A DNA stretch of 64,000 nt from Candidatus Fermentithermobacillaceae bacterium (GTDB lineage: Bacteria; Bacillota; Sulfobacillia; Fermentithermobacillales; Fermentithermobacillaceae). The first letter of the stretch is position 1, and every line of letters begins with the position of its first letter. Positions 1-9,182 of the stretch are shown one piece after another. The notes under the pieces were generated by a model that made no database searches, was not told the DNA's origin, and saw nothing but the letters and a program-made list of their open reading frames with translations. Location: assembly GCA_018052455.1 (NCBI GenBank), contig JAGPNE010000001.1, forward strand, positions 60,761 to 124,760, given 5' to 3'. Both the position numbers and the translations under genes were made by a program.

Positions 1-311
1 TTTCAAGAGACGATAATTTGGATATCATGGATAGGTACTTAACCGACGGAAGACGAGCCATTCCTGTGTTTGTGTTTTTTGATAATGAAGGACAAGAAAT
101 TGGAAGGTTCATCGAAAGACCTCCAGGCGCTAGAGACTTTCTCGCAAAAGAAGCAGAGAAACATAAAGATTTCTCGGAAGAAGAAAAACAGAAGGCCATG
201 TATGGTGTTCGCACCAAGCTTCGTAAGCTTTACAAAACACAATTTAGAGACGAGACCATCAAGGAAATTCGGAGGATATTGGAAACCAGATATGGATCCC
301 AGGACGCTTGA
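1..311 (+). CDS. thioredoxin-family protein, C-terminal part. The reading frame is open from the window edge, so the start lies upstream of the window.
   Basis: ORF frame 3 with no stop before position 1. Thioredoxin-like beta-strand segment IPVFVFFDNEGQEIGRF. Overlaps the mutS2 start by 20 nt. Confidence 0.35.
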   Translation, partial: SRDDNLDIMDRYLTDGRRAIPVFVFFDNEGQEIGRFIERPPGARDFLAKEAEKHKDFSEEEKQKAMYGVRTKLRKLYKTQFRDETIKEIRRILETRYGSQDA

Positions 312-2661
312 ATTACTAGAATACAGGAAAATACAGGAAATGTTGGCTGCTCAGGCAGATACCTCAATGGGCAGATCTCTTGCTAGAAATACCTATCCTG
401 TTGGCATACAAGACGCAAAAGAACTTCAGAAAGTTGGCCGTGAAATTGCCCAGGCCCTTTCGACAGTGTCTTCACCTTCACTCGGAGAGGTTCCGGATGT
501 TAGGACAAAGGTATCAGGTGCGATGCAGGGTGTAGTACTGACTGGGACCGAAATTCGTGACGTCCTAATGGTGCTTAATGCACTTGAGACAGTATCAACT
601 TGGATTGGAAGGTTAGGAACGAACTTCGTTAACCTTCATAGAATCAGAGAAATGATACCCAAATTGCCGTTTCTAGTAGAAAAATTATCGAGAACCGTCG
701 ATGACCAGGGGGTCATCAAGGATTCTGCCAGCGAGAAGCTGGGAACTATAAGGAGGTCTTTGAGGCAAGCACAGGAAGGACTCAGAAAACGCGCCGAGGA
801 ACTTACGCGTCAGAAGGCCTTCGCGGAGTACCTCCAGGAGCCATTAGTAACAATTCGAAACGGGCGTTATGTGTTACCAATTAAGCAAGAATATGCCTCC
901 CGAGTACCTGGAATTGTTCACGATCAGTCAGCCTCTGGACAAACGGTGTTTCTAGAGCCTTCAGAGCTTGTAGATATGGCGAATCAGCTGAAGCGGCTCG
1001 AGCTTATGGAGAGAGATGAGGTAGACCGGATCCTGAGCGAAATATCTGAGTCAATATCAGAAGCGGGGCCGGAAATCCTAAGAGGCATAGAAGGTCTAGG
1101 CCAATTTGATCTGGGTATGGCTAAGGCGAGGCTCGTTTCCAAATGGAACGGGAGTTTTCCTACGCTAAAAGAGGATTCAAGCCTGTCTTTGGTCAATGCT
1201 TGGCATCCACTTTTGAGGGACGAGCCAGTGCCCATGGACCTTTCGTTGGATGAATCAGAACGAAGAACTATAGTAATAACCGGGCCCAACATGGGCGGCA
1301 AGACAGTGGCGCTTAAGACAACCGGTTTGCTTGTTTGTATGGCTCTTGCTGGTCTGCCTTGTCCGTGCGATCCGCGTACAGAGATCGGTAACATTGATGA
1401 CATCCTGTGCGACATTGGGGATGAGCAGTCAATTGAAGAGAATCTCAGTACGTTTTCTGCTCACATGGAGAATATAAGAAACATACTGGAAGCGGCAAGC
1501 CCCGGCAAGCTTGTTCTTATCGATGAACTTGGAGCAGGCACAGATCCTAAAGAGGGAGCGGCGCTGGCTCAAGCGATACTTATGAAGATCCACCAATCAG
1601 GGGCTCTCACCATTGTTACTAGCCACTATGGCGAACTTAAGGTAATGGCTCAGAAGACCCCCGGCATGTTGAATGCGAGCATGGAGTGGGATCCTGTCAA
1701 TATGGTACCTACTTTTAGGCTCGTACTTGGAAGACCTGGACGGTCGAACGCCTTTTTGGTGGCGAAACGGCTTGGACTGGACGATGATGTTTTGGCGATG
1801 GCGAGGGAGCATATGCAGGAGGATGTAGTAAGACTGGAAGACGTTATCGCCGAAATGGAAATCGCATCTCAGAAAGCTCGCGAAGAAGCCGACAAAGCAA
1901 CTAGAGAGAGCGCACTGAGCGAAAGACTTCGAGTTGAGTACGAAAACAAGCTGGCAAGTCTAGAAAGAGAACGCAAGAAGATCATAAACGATGCCAAGCG
2001 AGAGGCCAAGGCCATAGTAATGCGGGCTAGGGTCGAGTTTGAAAGATCTTTGGAAGAGATCCGAGAAGCACAGTCCAAGACTCTGGCAGAGGTTAACACA
2101 AGGGCTTCAGAAATCAGGGGTAGGTTGCGAGAAACTCAGAGCGAGCTGGTTTTTGAAGACGAAGACGACGCTCTAGGCGAACCTGTAGTCACAAACGAGC
2201 TCGAACCAGGAATGCAGGTAAGGGTACTCGGGTTCTCTGAGCCTGCAATAGTGCTGGAGAGCCCAGATTCTCTAGACGGTGTACTTGTGCAAGTAGGAGA
2301 TTTCAGACTCAGGGTTGATACTGACCAATTAAGGAGAGCAGACCGGTTTGGAAAGAAAAATGGGCGGCCTGGCCTGCCGACGGACCTTGCGCCGACAGGC
2401 GAAGTGAGATCTGTTTCGAGCGAGATAGACTTACGTGGAATGACTAAGGAAGAAGCCTGGGCATCACTAGATAAGTATCTTGACGATGCTTTTTTGGCTT
2501 CATTACCGCAAGTAAGGATCATCCACGGTAAGGGAACAGGTGCCTTGCGGAAGGCTGTTGAGGAATACTTGAAGACCTGTACAAAGTACGTAGATAGCTA
2601 CCGTATGGGAGAGCCGTCTGAAGGCGGGATCGGTGTTACTGTAGCAAAACTCAAGAAATGA
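292..2661 (+). CDS. mutS2: endonuclease MutS2 (MutS domain V ATPase with C-terminal Smr domain)
   Basis: Walker A GPNMGGKT, MutS ATPase block DELGAGTDPKEGAALA, C-terminal Smr block (IDLRGM...RIIHGKGTG). ATG at 292 chosen because it reads MDPRTLELLEYRKIQEML, matching the MutS2 N-terminus. The upstream ATG at 70 would add a 74-aa low-complexity extension. Confidence 0.88.
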   Translation: MDPRTLELLEYRKIQEMLAAQADTSMGRSLARNTYPVGIQDAKELQKVGREIAQALSTVSSPSLGEVPDVRTKVSGAMQGVVLTGTEIRDVLMVLNALETVSTWIGRLGTNFVNLHRIREMIPKLPFLVEKLSRTVDDQGVIKDSASEKLGTIRRSLRQAQEGLRKRAEELTRQKAFAEYLQEPLVTIRNGRYVLPIKQEYASRVPGIVHDQSASGQTVFLEPSELVDMANQLKRLELMERDEVDRILSEISESISEAGPEILRGIEGLGQFDLGMAKARLVSKWNGSFPTLKEDSSLSLVNAWHPLLRDEPVPMDLSLDESERRTIVITGPNMGGKTVALKTTGLLVCMALAGLPCPCDPRTEIGNIDDILCDIGDEQSIEENLSTFSAHMENIRNILEAASPGKLVLIDELGAGTDPKEGAALAQAILMKIHQSGALTIVTSHYGELKVMAQKTPGMLNASMEWDPVNMVPTFRLVLGRPGRSNAFLVAKRLGLDDDVLAMAREHMQEDVVRLEDVIAEMEIASQKAREEADKATRESALSERLRVEYENKLASLERERKKIINDAKREAKAIVMRARVEFERSLEEIREAQSKTLAEVNTRASEIRGRLRETQSELVFEDEDDALGEPVVTNELEPGMQVRVLGFSEPAIVLESPDSLDGVLVQVGDFRLRVDTDQLRRADRFGKKNGRPGLPTDLAPTGEVRSVSSEIDLRGMTKEEAWASLDKYLDDAFLASLPQVRIIHGKGTGALRKAVEEYLKTCTKYVDSYRMGEPSEGGIGVTVAKLKK

Positions 2662-2685
2662 AACTAAGAAGTTTGAATACCTCCT

Positions 2686-4758
2686 CTAGTTTGTGCCACT
2701 GCCTTCTTGCGGAGCTATTTCGTGGTGGTAGTCGCATAGTGAGTTTGGCTGTTTTCCTTTTGCTGCGATCTCATTTATTATGTTTTCAGGAGGGCAGTAT
2801 AGCCCCGGTAAGAGCCCTGACTTGTTGCAGACCTGAATTGTTATTATGGAGCTTGGTTTCGTAAAGTCTTCTACAGGTGTTCCCTCTGAAATCTTGCTCA
2901 TCATTCGATTCCAGATTCGCGCAGGGTAGGTTCCTCCTGTTATCTTCCATTGGGACATGGTCTTTTCCTGGTCGTAGCCCATCCACACCACACCTACTTT
3001 GCTTGGGGTATAACCGCAGAACCATGCGTCTTTCCAATCGCTCGTTGTTCCTGTTTTACCCGCCGCAGGTCTTCCGAAGTAAGCATTGCCTCCGGTTCCT
3101 CCGGGTACGGTTATAGCATCCTTCAGCATGCTTGTCATAAGGTACGCAGATTCTTCGGAAATAACGATCTTTTTCTTAGTCGTGTTTTCTTCAAGCACAT
3201 TTCCGTCTATATCTTCGACTTTGAGCACGGCAATAGGCTGAACTTGGATCCCTTGATTAGCGATAGTGCCAAAGGCAACTGTCATATCAAGCGGCGTTAC
3301 CCCATAAGTAAGTCCTCCAAGGGCAAGGGACCTGGTGTAATCCGAACGTCCTCCTTCAATAGGGGTTTTTACGAGCGTAGTTATGCCTAGGGCCTCTGCA
3401 GTCTCTAGGCTTTTTTGGATACCTACCATATCTTGGACTTTGCAAGCCACAACATTTAGCGATTGAACTACGGCTTTGCGCATTGTAACAAGGCCTTGAA
3501 AAGTCGGGCTGTAGTTTCTTGGCGAAAAGCTCTCCTTGCTTACAGGATCAACCCAGGTTACAGGAGAGTCATCGATCACGGTGTATGGTCCCATCCCGGC
3601 CTCAAGTGCCGGAATATACACAGCGATGGGTTTGAAAGCAGAGCCAGGTTGACGTTTAGCATCGATAGCTCTGTTCCACCCGAGCATACTCTCATGCTTT
3701 CGACCCCCGACCATCGCCAGAAGGTAACCCGTTCTTACATCCATCACAATTGCGGCACATTCTATATTGGGCTCGTCTTCTTTGTATGGAAACACAGGGT
3801 CAAGCACATCTTTTATTGCTGCTTCTACGGATTTCTGCGCTGACGGACTGTAGGTTGTGTATACTCTTAGCCCTCCTCCGTACACCATGTCAGAAGAATA
3901 GCGTGAAAGAAGGTACTCTAGAACGTAGTCCAGGAAATATCCTCCCTCGGTAACTACCATAGGAGAATAGTCAACTATATTCAGCGGTCTTTGTTTGTAC
4001 TCTTCGGCTTCATCAGGCGAGAGGAAACCATATTCTGCCATCTGACCAAGGACAGTGTTCCTTCGATTGAGCCCTTCTTCAAGATTTGATTTGGAACCGT
4101 AATATGATGGTGCTCTTATGATCCCTGCCAAAAAAGCAGATTCTTCTATATCCAGTTCGGATGCAGATTTGTTAAAGTAGGCTCTGGCTGCCGCTTCCAC
4201 ACCGTACGCACCACGACCAAATGGGATCTGGTTTACATACATCTCTAGTATTTCAGTTTTAGTGTATTTTCGTTCAAGCAACGTGGCTACCATCACGTCT
4301 TGTACCTTTCTCTTTAGTGTTCGGTCTGGTTCTAGAAACGCTATCTTAGCCAGCTGCTGAGTTATGGTACTGCCGCCTTGTAATCCTGAAGCATCTGTAA
4401 TGTTCTGATAAAGAGCCCTAAGTATCGCCCGCAGATCGAAGCCCGGATGCGAGTAGAACCTATGATCTTCTGCGGCGAGCACAGCATCTAGCAAGTGAGA
4501 TGGCATATCCTCTATGGGAATGGGGATTCTGTATTCTCCAGATTTCAGTTCCGTCCATATCTCTCCCTGGGCATCATACAAAATAGAGGTGGCGCTCGCC
4601 GTCGGTTCGAGGTTTGATAGATCAGGAAGGTCCCTGTAGGCAGACACCACGACAACTATTGCAAAACAGGCACCTATCAAAACAGCGGCCAACAGCAGAT
4701 ATATGATTAAGTCCAAAATCCGAGGACCTTGCTTTTTGCGCCTTCTCTTCTTTGCCAT
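2686..4758 (-). CDS. class A penicillin-binding protein (bifunctional glycosyltransferase/transpeptidase, PBP1A family)
   Basis: N-terminal basic cytoplasmic tail plus TM helix. GT51 motifs (EDHRFYSHPGFD, RKYTKTEILEMYVNQ), transpeptidase motifs SAFKP, SLN, KTGT. GGAGGT RBS upstream on the minus strand. Confidence 0.85.
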   Translation of the reverse strand: MAKKRRRKKQGPRILDLIIYLLLAAVLIGACFAIVVVVSAYRDLPDLSNLEPTASATSILYDAQGEIWTELKSGEYRIPIPIEDMPSHLLDAVLAAEDHRFYSHPGFDLRAILRALYQNITDASGLQGGSTITQQLAKIAFLEPDRTLKRKVQDVMVATLLERKYTKTEILEMYVNQIPFGRGAYGVEAAARAYFNKSASELDIEESAFLAGIIRAPSYYGSKSNLEEGLNRRNTVLGQMAEYGFLSPDEAEEYKQRPLNIVDYSPMVVTEGGYFLDYVLEYLLSRYSSDMVYGGGLRVYTTYSPSAQKSVEAAIKDVLDPVFPYKEDEPNIECAAIVMDVRTGYLLAMVGGRKHESMLGWNRAIDAKRQPGSAFKPIAVYIPALEAGMGPYTVIDDSPVTWVDPVSKESFSPRNYSPTFQGLVTMRKAVVQSLNVVACKVQDMVGIQKSLETAEALGITTLVKTPIEGGRSDYTRSLALGGLTYGVTPLDMTVAFGTIANQGIQVQPIAVLKVEDIDGNVLEENTTKKKIVISEESAYLMTSMLKDAITVPGGTGGNAYFGRPAAGKTGTTSDWKDAWFCGYTPSKVGVVWMGYDQEKTMSQWKITGGTYPARIWNRMMSKISEGTPVEDFTKPSSIITIQVCNKSGLLPGLYCPPENIINEIAAKGKQPNSLCDYHHEIAPQEGSGTN

Positions 4759-4972
4759 TTCCTTACCTCCGAGCAGCGTACGTTTCTATAATGCCTGAGT
4801 CTATGTTTCCTTCGGATCCCATTATACCCCCTAAACAGTATTAGACGGTAAGAGACTATAAAAGTGCCACCATTATACCATTTCACAAAGAGGACGGTCT
4901 TTAATGAAAAGGCGTTGAACAAAGGTATCAATTCGCACTACGTCCAATATTTCCTCTTAAGTGGACAAAGGA

Positions 4973-4981
4973 TGGTATAAT
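4973..4981 (+). promoter_or_regulatory. extended -10 element (TGGTATAAT) about 30 nt upstream of the tyrS start
   Basis: TGnTATAAT match. No well-spaced -35. Two further GGTATAATGG copies in opposite orientation at 4818-4830 and 4868-4880 (candidate promoters for the divergent PBP gene). Confidence 0.35.
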
Positions 4982-5012
4982 TTAACGAAAAGCCTGAGGA
5001 GGTGTAACGCTT

Positions 5013-6251
5013 TTGGGAAATCAGCAACTAGAGAATGAGATCAACCGACAGATCGATATTATAAAACAAAGAACCGCTATGCTTGTGACCGAAAGCGAAC
5101 TAAGAGCCAAACTCGAGAAGTCAATTGTGAACAAAAGGCCCTTGCGAGTGAAACTAGGCGTAGACCCTAGCGCACCTGATATTCATCTAGGCCACGTGGT
5201 AGTGATGAGAAAGCTTAGGGAGTTTCAGCAACTAGGACACGAGATATACTTCGTAATTGGTGACTTCACAGGTATGATTGGGGACCCAAGCGGTAAGTCA
5301 AAGACGAGACAGCAGTTGTCTCGAGAAGAAGTTCTCGCGAACGCCAACACGTATCATGAACAAGCCACCCTGATTTTGGATCCTGAAAAGACCCACGTCG
5401 TGTTTAATTCTACCTGGTTGGCTCCCCTTACTTTCAGCGAGATAATCGAGCTTTCGTCAAAGTTCACTGTAGCCCGGATGATCGAGAGAGATGATTTCAA
5501 TAAGCGCTACACGGAGGGACAACCCATAGGGGTGCATGAATTCTTGTACCCTCTGGCTCAGGCATATGATTCAGTAGCGATTAAGGCAGATGTGGAACTT
5601 GGTGGGACTGACCAGACCTTTAATCTTCTTGTGGGTAGAGACATCCAGCCCGACTACGGTTTGGAGCCTCAAATCGCGATTACCATGCCTCTTTTGATTG
5701 GCACAGACGGTAAGGAAAAAATGTCTAAAAGCTTGGGCAACTACATTGGGGTAACTGACGCCCCTCACGAAATGTACGGCAAAGTAATGTCTATTCCTGA
5801 TGAACTCATGGGAGACTATTTTGAATTGGTTTTGGGGGAACCTTCGGGCTATGGAAATGTTCTTCGAAAGAGCATTGAAAGTGGAAAACGTCACCCTATG
5901 AATGCCAAAATGGAGCTAGCAAGAAGAATTGTAGAAGAGTTTCATGGAAGTGCTTCCGCCAAATCGGCAGAGGAGAATTTCCAGCGTGTATTCAGAGAGG
6001 ATTCTCTTCCGAAAGATATTGAGACAGTGAAACTCAAAGGAGTAAGACCAAAAGAAGAGATCTCCCTTCCCAAGATTCTGTTTATGTGCGGCCTAGTGTC
6101 TTCGATATCGGAGGGGAAGCGTCTTATTGGAAGCGGCGCGGTGAGAGTAAATGAAGAACGCATAGACGATATTTCATCGTTGGTCAGAGTTGAAGAAGGG
6201 ATGATTCTCCGCGTTGGGAAAAGGAGAATTTGCCGTATATCTTTGGACTAA
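5013..6251 (+). CDS. tyrS: tyrosine--tRNA ligase (class I, with C-terminal S4 domain)
   Basis: HLGH-type HIGH motif (HLGHVV), KMSKS motif, C-terminal S4-like domain. TTG start preceded by GAGGAGG. Confidence 0.88.
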   Translation: MGNQQLENEINRQIDIIKQRTAMLVTESELRAKLEKSIVNKRPLRVKLGVDPSAPDIHLGHVVVMRKLREFQQLGHEIYFVIGDFTGMIGDPSGKSKTRQQLSREEVLANANTYHEQATLILDPEKTHVVFNSTWLAPLTFSEIIELSSKFTVARMIERDDFNKRYTEGQPIGVHEFLYPLAQAYDSVAIKADVELGGTDQTFNLLVGRDIQPDYGLEPQIAITMPLLIGTDGKEKMSKSLGNYIGVTDAPHEMYGKVMSIPDELMGDYFELVLGEPSGYGNVLRKSIESGKRHPMNAKMELARRIVEEFHGSASAKSAEENFQRVFREDSLPKDIETVKLKGVRPKEEISLPKILFMCGLVSSISEGKRLIGSGAVRVNEERIDDISSLVRVEEGMILRVGKRRICRISLD

Positions 6252-6358
6252 GGAGAAACCGGGTTTAGTCCAAAGCGCAGCCAGGTTTCTAATCGAGCGA
6301 CTACGCCAACTCCGGTGTTTGCAGTGCCACCATATATTGGCAATTCCTTGGCCGGTGC

Positions 6359-6388
6359 TTCACAAGACAGTGCCTTATGAGGGATAAT
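6359..6388 (+). promoter_or_regulatory. candidate sigma-A promoter for nadE (TTCACA-N18-GATAAT)
   Basis: Hexamers read directly. The spacer is 18 nt. The implied leader is very short. Confidence 0.3.
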
Positions 6389-6405
6389 GTCTCTGTAATA
6401 GCAAG

Positions 6406-7164
6406 ATGGAGGTGTTACATTTGCGGAACCCCGAAAAAGTAGCCGCATATATATCGGGTTGGATGAAGGAAATGAGTCTCTCAGCGGGTGCCAAGGGTGG
6501 TGTATTTGGAGTTTCTGGCGGAGTAGACTCTTCTCTTTTGGTAGGTTTGGCCAAACAAGCATGGGAGGCAGATTGCTTGGGCTTGGTGCTACCGTGTCAT
6601 TCTCAGGCGGTAGACATTGAAGACGCTGTAGATGTTCTTACCCACTTCAACTGCGAGCACAGGGTCATAGACCTTACACCAGTATTCGATGTGCTGCGGG
6701 AATCGCTGCCTGAGCCTCCCGTCGGTTACATGCTTCCCGAGGCGAACCTCAAGCCAAGGCTCCGCATGGCGGTTCTTTACTATTTTGCGAATCTGATGAA
6801 CTACATGGTTGTCGGTACTACTAACAAACCTGAATGGTTCGTGGGGTACTTTACCAAATATGGCGATGGGGGAGTTGATATGTTGCCTCTTGCAGACCTA
6901 ACGAAGGCAGACGTTAGAGAACTTGCGAGATTCCTAGGCGTTCCCGATAGGATCATTGAAAAAGCCCCATCAGGAGGTCTTTGGGAAGGACAAACTGATG
7001 AGAAGGAGATGGGGCTCACCTACAAGGATCTAGATGCTTACGTTTCAGGGAAAAACGTATCTCCCCAGGTTGAATCGAAAATTCTAAGCATGCACTTAAA
7101 AAGCGAGCATAAGCGGAATGTCCCCCCAATACCTCGTGTTGGTACCGAACTGAAGGAGGAATAA
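6406..7164 (+). CDS. nadE: NH3-dependent NAD+ synthetase
   Basis: PP-loop SGGVDSS, about 250 aa, typical NadE C-terminal block (GLWEGQTDE, YKDLD). Confidence 0.85.
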   Translation: MEVLHLRNPEKVAAYISGWMKEMSLSAGAKGGVFGVSGGVDSSLLVGLAKQAWEADCLGLVLPCHSQAVDIEDAVDVLTHFNCEHRVIDLTPVFDVLRESLPEPPVGYMLPEANLKPRLRMAVLYYFANLMNYMVVGTTNKPEWFVGYFTKYGDGGVDMLPLADLTKADVRELARFLGVPDRIIEKAPSGGLWEGQTDEKEMGLTYKDLDAYVSGKNVSPQVESKILSMHLKSEHKRNVPPIPRVGTELKEE

Positions 7165-7166
7165 CT

Positions 7167-7925
7167 TTGTCAGGACATTCAAAGTGGGCAAATATCAAGA
7201 GGAAGAAAGCTAAGGTAGATGCTCAGCGTTCAAACATCATCTCAAAGGCCTTGCGGGACGTGACTATTGCAGCCAGACATGGCGGAGGGAATCCGGATAC
7301 CAACTTCAGGTTGAAAATGGCTATAGACAAGGCAAAGCAGTCAAACGTTCCTATGGATAGCATTAGCAGAGCCATAAAGAGAGGCACAGGTGAGATCGAA
7401 GGAGGACAGATCGAAGAGATTGTCTACGAAGGCTATGGTCCTGGTGGTGTTGCGGTTCTTGTGGAGGTTGCAACAGATAACAGGAATCGCAGCGCATCAG
7501 ATATAAGGCACATATTTTCGAAGCACGGAGGCAAAATGGCTGAAGTGGGTGCAGTATCATGGCTTTTCGATCTCAGAGGCTATATTTGTATAGACAAGGG
7601 AGACTTTGACGAAGAGCAGGTACTCGAGATGTGTATTGAGGCGGGAGCGCTCGACGTAGAAACCGGTGAAGACTGTTATGAAATATATTCAGAGCCTGCA
7701 GAACTTGAGAAAGTGAAACTCAAACTGGAAAAAGCCGGGGCAAATATCCAAACAGCGGAACTGACTATGATACCAAAGTCATATATCAAACTCGATGGTG
7801 AGGAAGCAAGGAAGATGCTTAATCTTTTCGATCTGCTCGAAGCTCACGAGGACGTTTCAAGAGTGTATGCCAATTTCGACATTCCGGATGAGATTCTTAA
7901 CGAGAGCTTCGAGGAGGATTCGTAG
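7167..7925 (+). CDS. YebC/PmpR-family DNA-binding transcriptional regulator
   Basis: N-terminus MSGHSKWANIKRKK is diagnostic of the YebC family. 252 aa. Conserved position directly upstream of ruvC. Confidence 0.9.
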   Translation: MSGHSKWANIKRKKAKVDAQRSNIISKALRDVTIAARHGGGNPDTNFRLKMAIDKAKQSNVPMDSISRAIKRGTGEIEGGQIEEIVYEGYGPGGVAVLVEVATDNRNRSASDIRHIFSKHGGKMAEVGAVSWLFDLRGYICIDKGDFDEEQVLEMCIEAGALDVETGEDCYEIYSEPAELEKVKLKLEKAGANIQTAELTMIPKSYIKLDGEEARKMLNLFDLLEAHEDVSRVYANFDIPDEILNESFEEDS

Positions 7926-8039
7926 CGATTACGCAGCACCATTTTTAGGTACTGGTAGATACTAAGTGCCCTTTGAGTTCTCTTTCGCCATTTGCATCTA
8001 TCTAGAGATTTGGCTAGAAGGTTTGTGCCGGCTCTGCGT

Positions 8040-8053
8040 CGAACAAGTATTCG
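8040..8053 (+). promoter_or_regulatory. candidate LexA operator (Cheo-box-like CGAACAAGTATTCG) abutting the ruvC RBS
   Basis: 13 of 14 match to the Firmicutes consensus CGAACRNRYGTTCG. Lies 6 nt upstream of the ruvC ATG. Confidence 0.35.
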
Positions 8054-8058
8054 GAGGT

Positions 8059-8598
8059 ATGGTGATGCGAATCCTTGGTATAGATCCGGGTATTGCGCGT
8101 ACGGGCTGGGGTGTTGTGGACTCAGACGGGCACAACTTTGAAGTGGCGGGCTACGGGTGCCTTCTCACCCCAAAAGAAGAATTGCTCCCTGTGAGGTTAT
8201 TGTCGATTTACAAGGGTATAGGTTCTCTCGTGGATAGATATTCTCCTGATCTGATGGGTGTAGAACAGATATTTTTCGCTAGGAATGTAAAAACGGCTAT
8301 CGCAGTTGGGCACGCAAGGGGCGTGTGCTTGCTAGTAGGCGGCGAACGGGGTATATCTGTGGAGGAAGTTACGCCTCTTCAGGTAAAATCGTTCATAGTA
8401 GGCTATGGCAATGCTACTAAGGAACAGGTAGGGATCATGATAAAGAGCATTCTAGGGTTACCACTCATACCTGAGCCGGATGATGTATGTGATGCCCTCG
8501 CCATAGCTGTATCTGCAGGCATCAAGAGGTCCTTTGGCGACACATTAGAGCGCAGTCGAGACATTATGTCAGAAAAGGGAAATGATATTTCAAAATGA
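8059..8598 (+). CDS. ruvC: crossover junction endodeoxyribonuclease RuvC
   Basis: MRILGIDPGIARTGWGVV N-terminus (RNase H-like fold with catalytic Asp). GGAGG RBS. The upstream ATG at 7966 is rejected because it adds a non-homologous extension. Confidence 0.88.
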   Translation: MVMRILGIDPGIARTGWGVVDSDGHNFEVAGYGCLLTPKEELLPVRLLSIYKGIGSLVDRYSPDLMGVEQIFFARNVKTAIAVGHARGVCLLVGGERGISVEEVTPLQVKSFIVGYGNATKEQVGIMIKSILGLPLIPEPDDVCDALAIAVSAGIKRSFGDTLERSRDIMSEKGNDISK

Positions 8599-9182
8599 TA
8601 TCAGAGATAAAGGGCACTGTGATCTCAAAAACCAAAGATAATGCAACGATTATGGTAGGCGGCATGGGCTTCGAAGTAAACGTTCCTTCTGGTCTTTTGG
8701 ATGTGCTGCCGTTTGATGAAGATGTCCACCTGCATACGCGGCTTTTGCTTCGCGATGATGGTCTGCATCTTTACGGTTTTAAGAATCTCGAAGACAGAGC
8801 GCTTTTCGATATGCTTTTGAAGGTGCAAGGTGTTGGGCCCAGAACGGCCCTTGCCGTTTTGTCTACTCTTTCAGTTCAAGATTTCTACAGGGCTGTTTTG
8901 TCTCGAGATGAACACACGCTAACAAGGATCCCGGGGATAGGGAAGAAGAGCGCTGGAAGAATTGTTGTGGAGCTAAGAGACAAGATCGGGCTGTCTGATG
9001 ATGCCCGGGCGCAGATCGGAAAACCAGGAACTGTCATCGACGAAGGGATTGAGGCGCTTTTGGCGCTTGGTTACACTAGGCAGGAAGCTGAGTCGTCTAT
9101 TCTTAGTGCGAGTAAAAGTGTAGGTGACAAGGATCTTGAAACATTGCTGCGGGAGGCTTTGAAATACCTTGCAAGATTCTAG
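8595..9182 (+). CDS. ruvA: Holliday junction DNA helicase subunit RuvA
   Basis: Domain I OB fold ([10 protein letters not shown]), HhH motifs ([21 protein letters not shown]), C-terminal RuvB-interaction domain. 4-nt overlap with ruvC. Confidence 0.9.
   Translation: MISEIKGTVISKTKDNATIMVGGMGFEVNVPSGLLDVLPFDEDVHLHTRLLLRDDGLHLYGFKNLEDRALFDMLLKVQGVGPRTALAVLSTLSVQDFYRAVLSRDEHTLTRIPGIGKKSAGRIVVELRDKIGLSDDARAQIGKPGTVIDEGIEALLALGYTRQEAESSILSASKSVGDKDLETLLREALKYLARF

Noticed and set aside
70-291. Upstream ATG (70) for mutS2 giving an 863-aa product
   Set aside because: The extra 74 residues are Lys/Arg/Ser-rich low complexity and overlap the 3' end of the upstream thioredoxin-like gene. The ATG at 292 yields a canonical MutS2 N-terminus.
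984-2522. Several 70-140-aa minus-strand ORFs inside mutS2 (984-1415, 1597-1812, 1869-2099, 2136-2522)
   Set aside because: All are antisense to a well-supported CDS, Ser/Arg/Leu-rich, and without start-site signals.
4759-5012. T-box riboswitch upstream of tyrS
   Set aside because: I found no T-box core (AGGGUGGNACCGCG) on the plus strand, no specifier-loop or AG-box arrangement, and no terminator/antiterminator pair. Only AGGAUGGUAUAAU resembles part of the core, and it coincides with an extended -10 element. The available leader is too short. Needs a covariance-model search to be definitive.
7966-8058. Longer ruvC starting at 7966
   Set aside because: The extension (MPFEFSFAICIYLEIWLEG...) has no homology to RuvC and would place the Cheo-like box and the GGAGG SD inside coding sequence.
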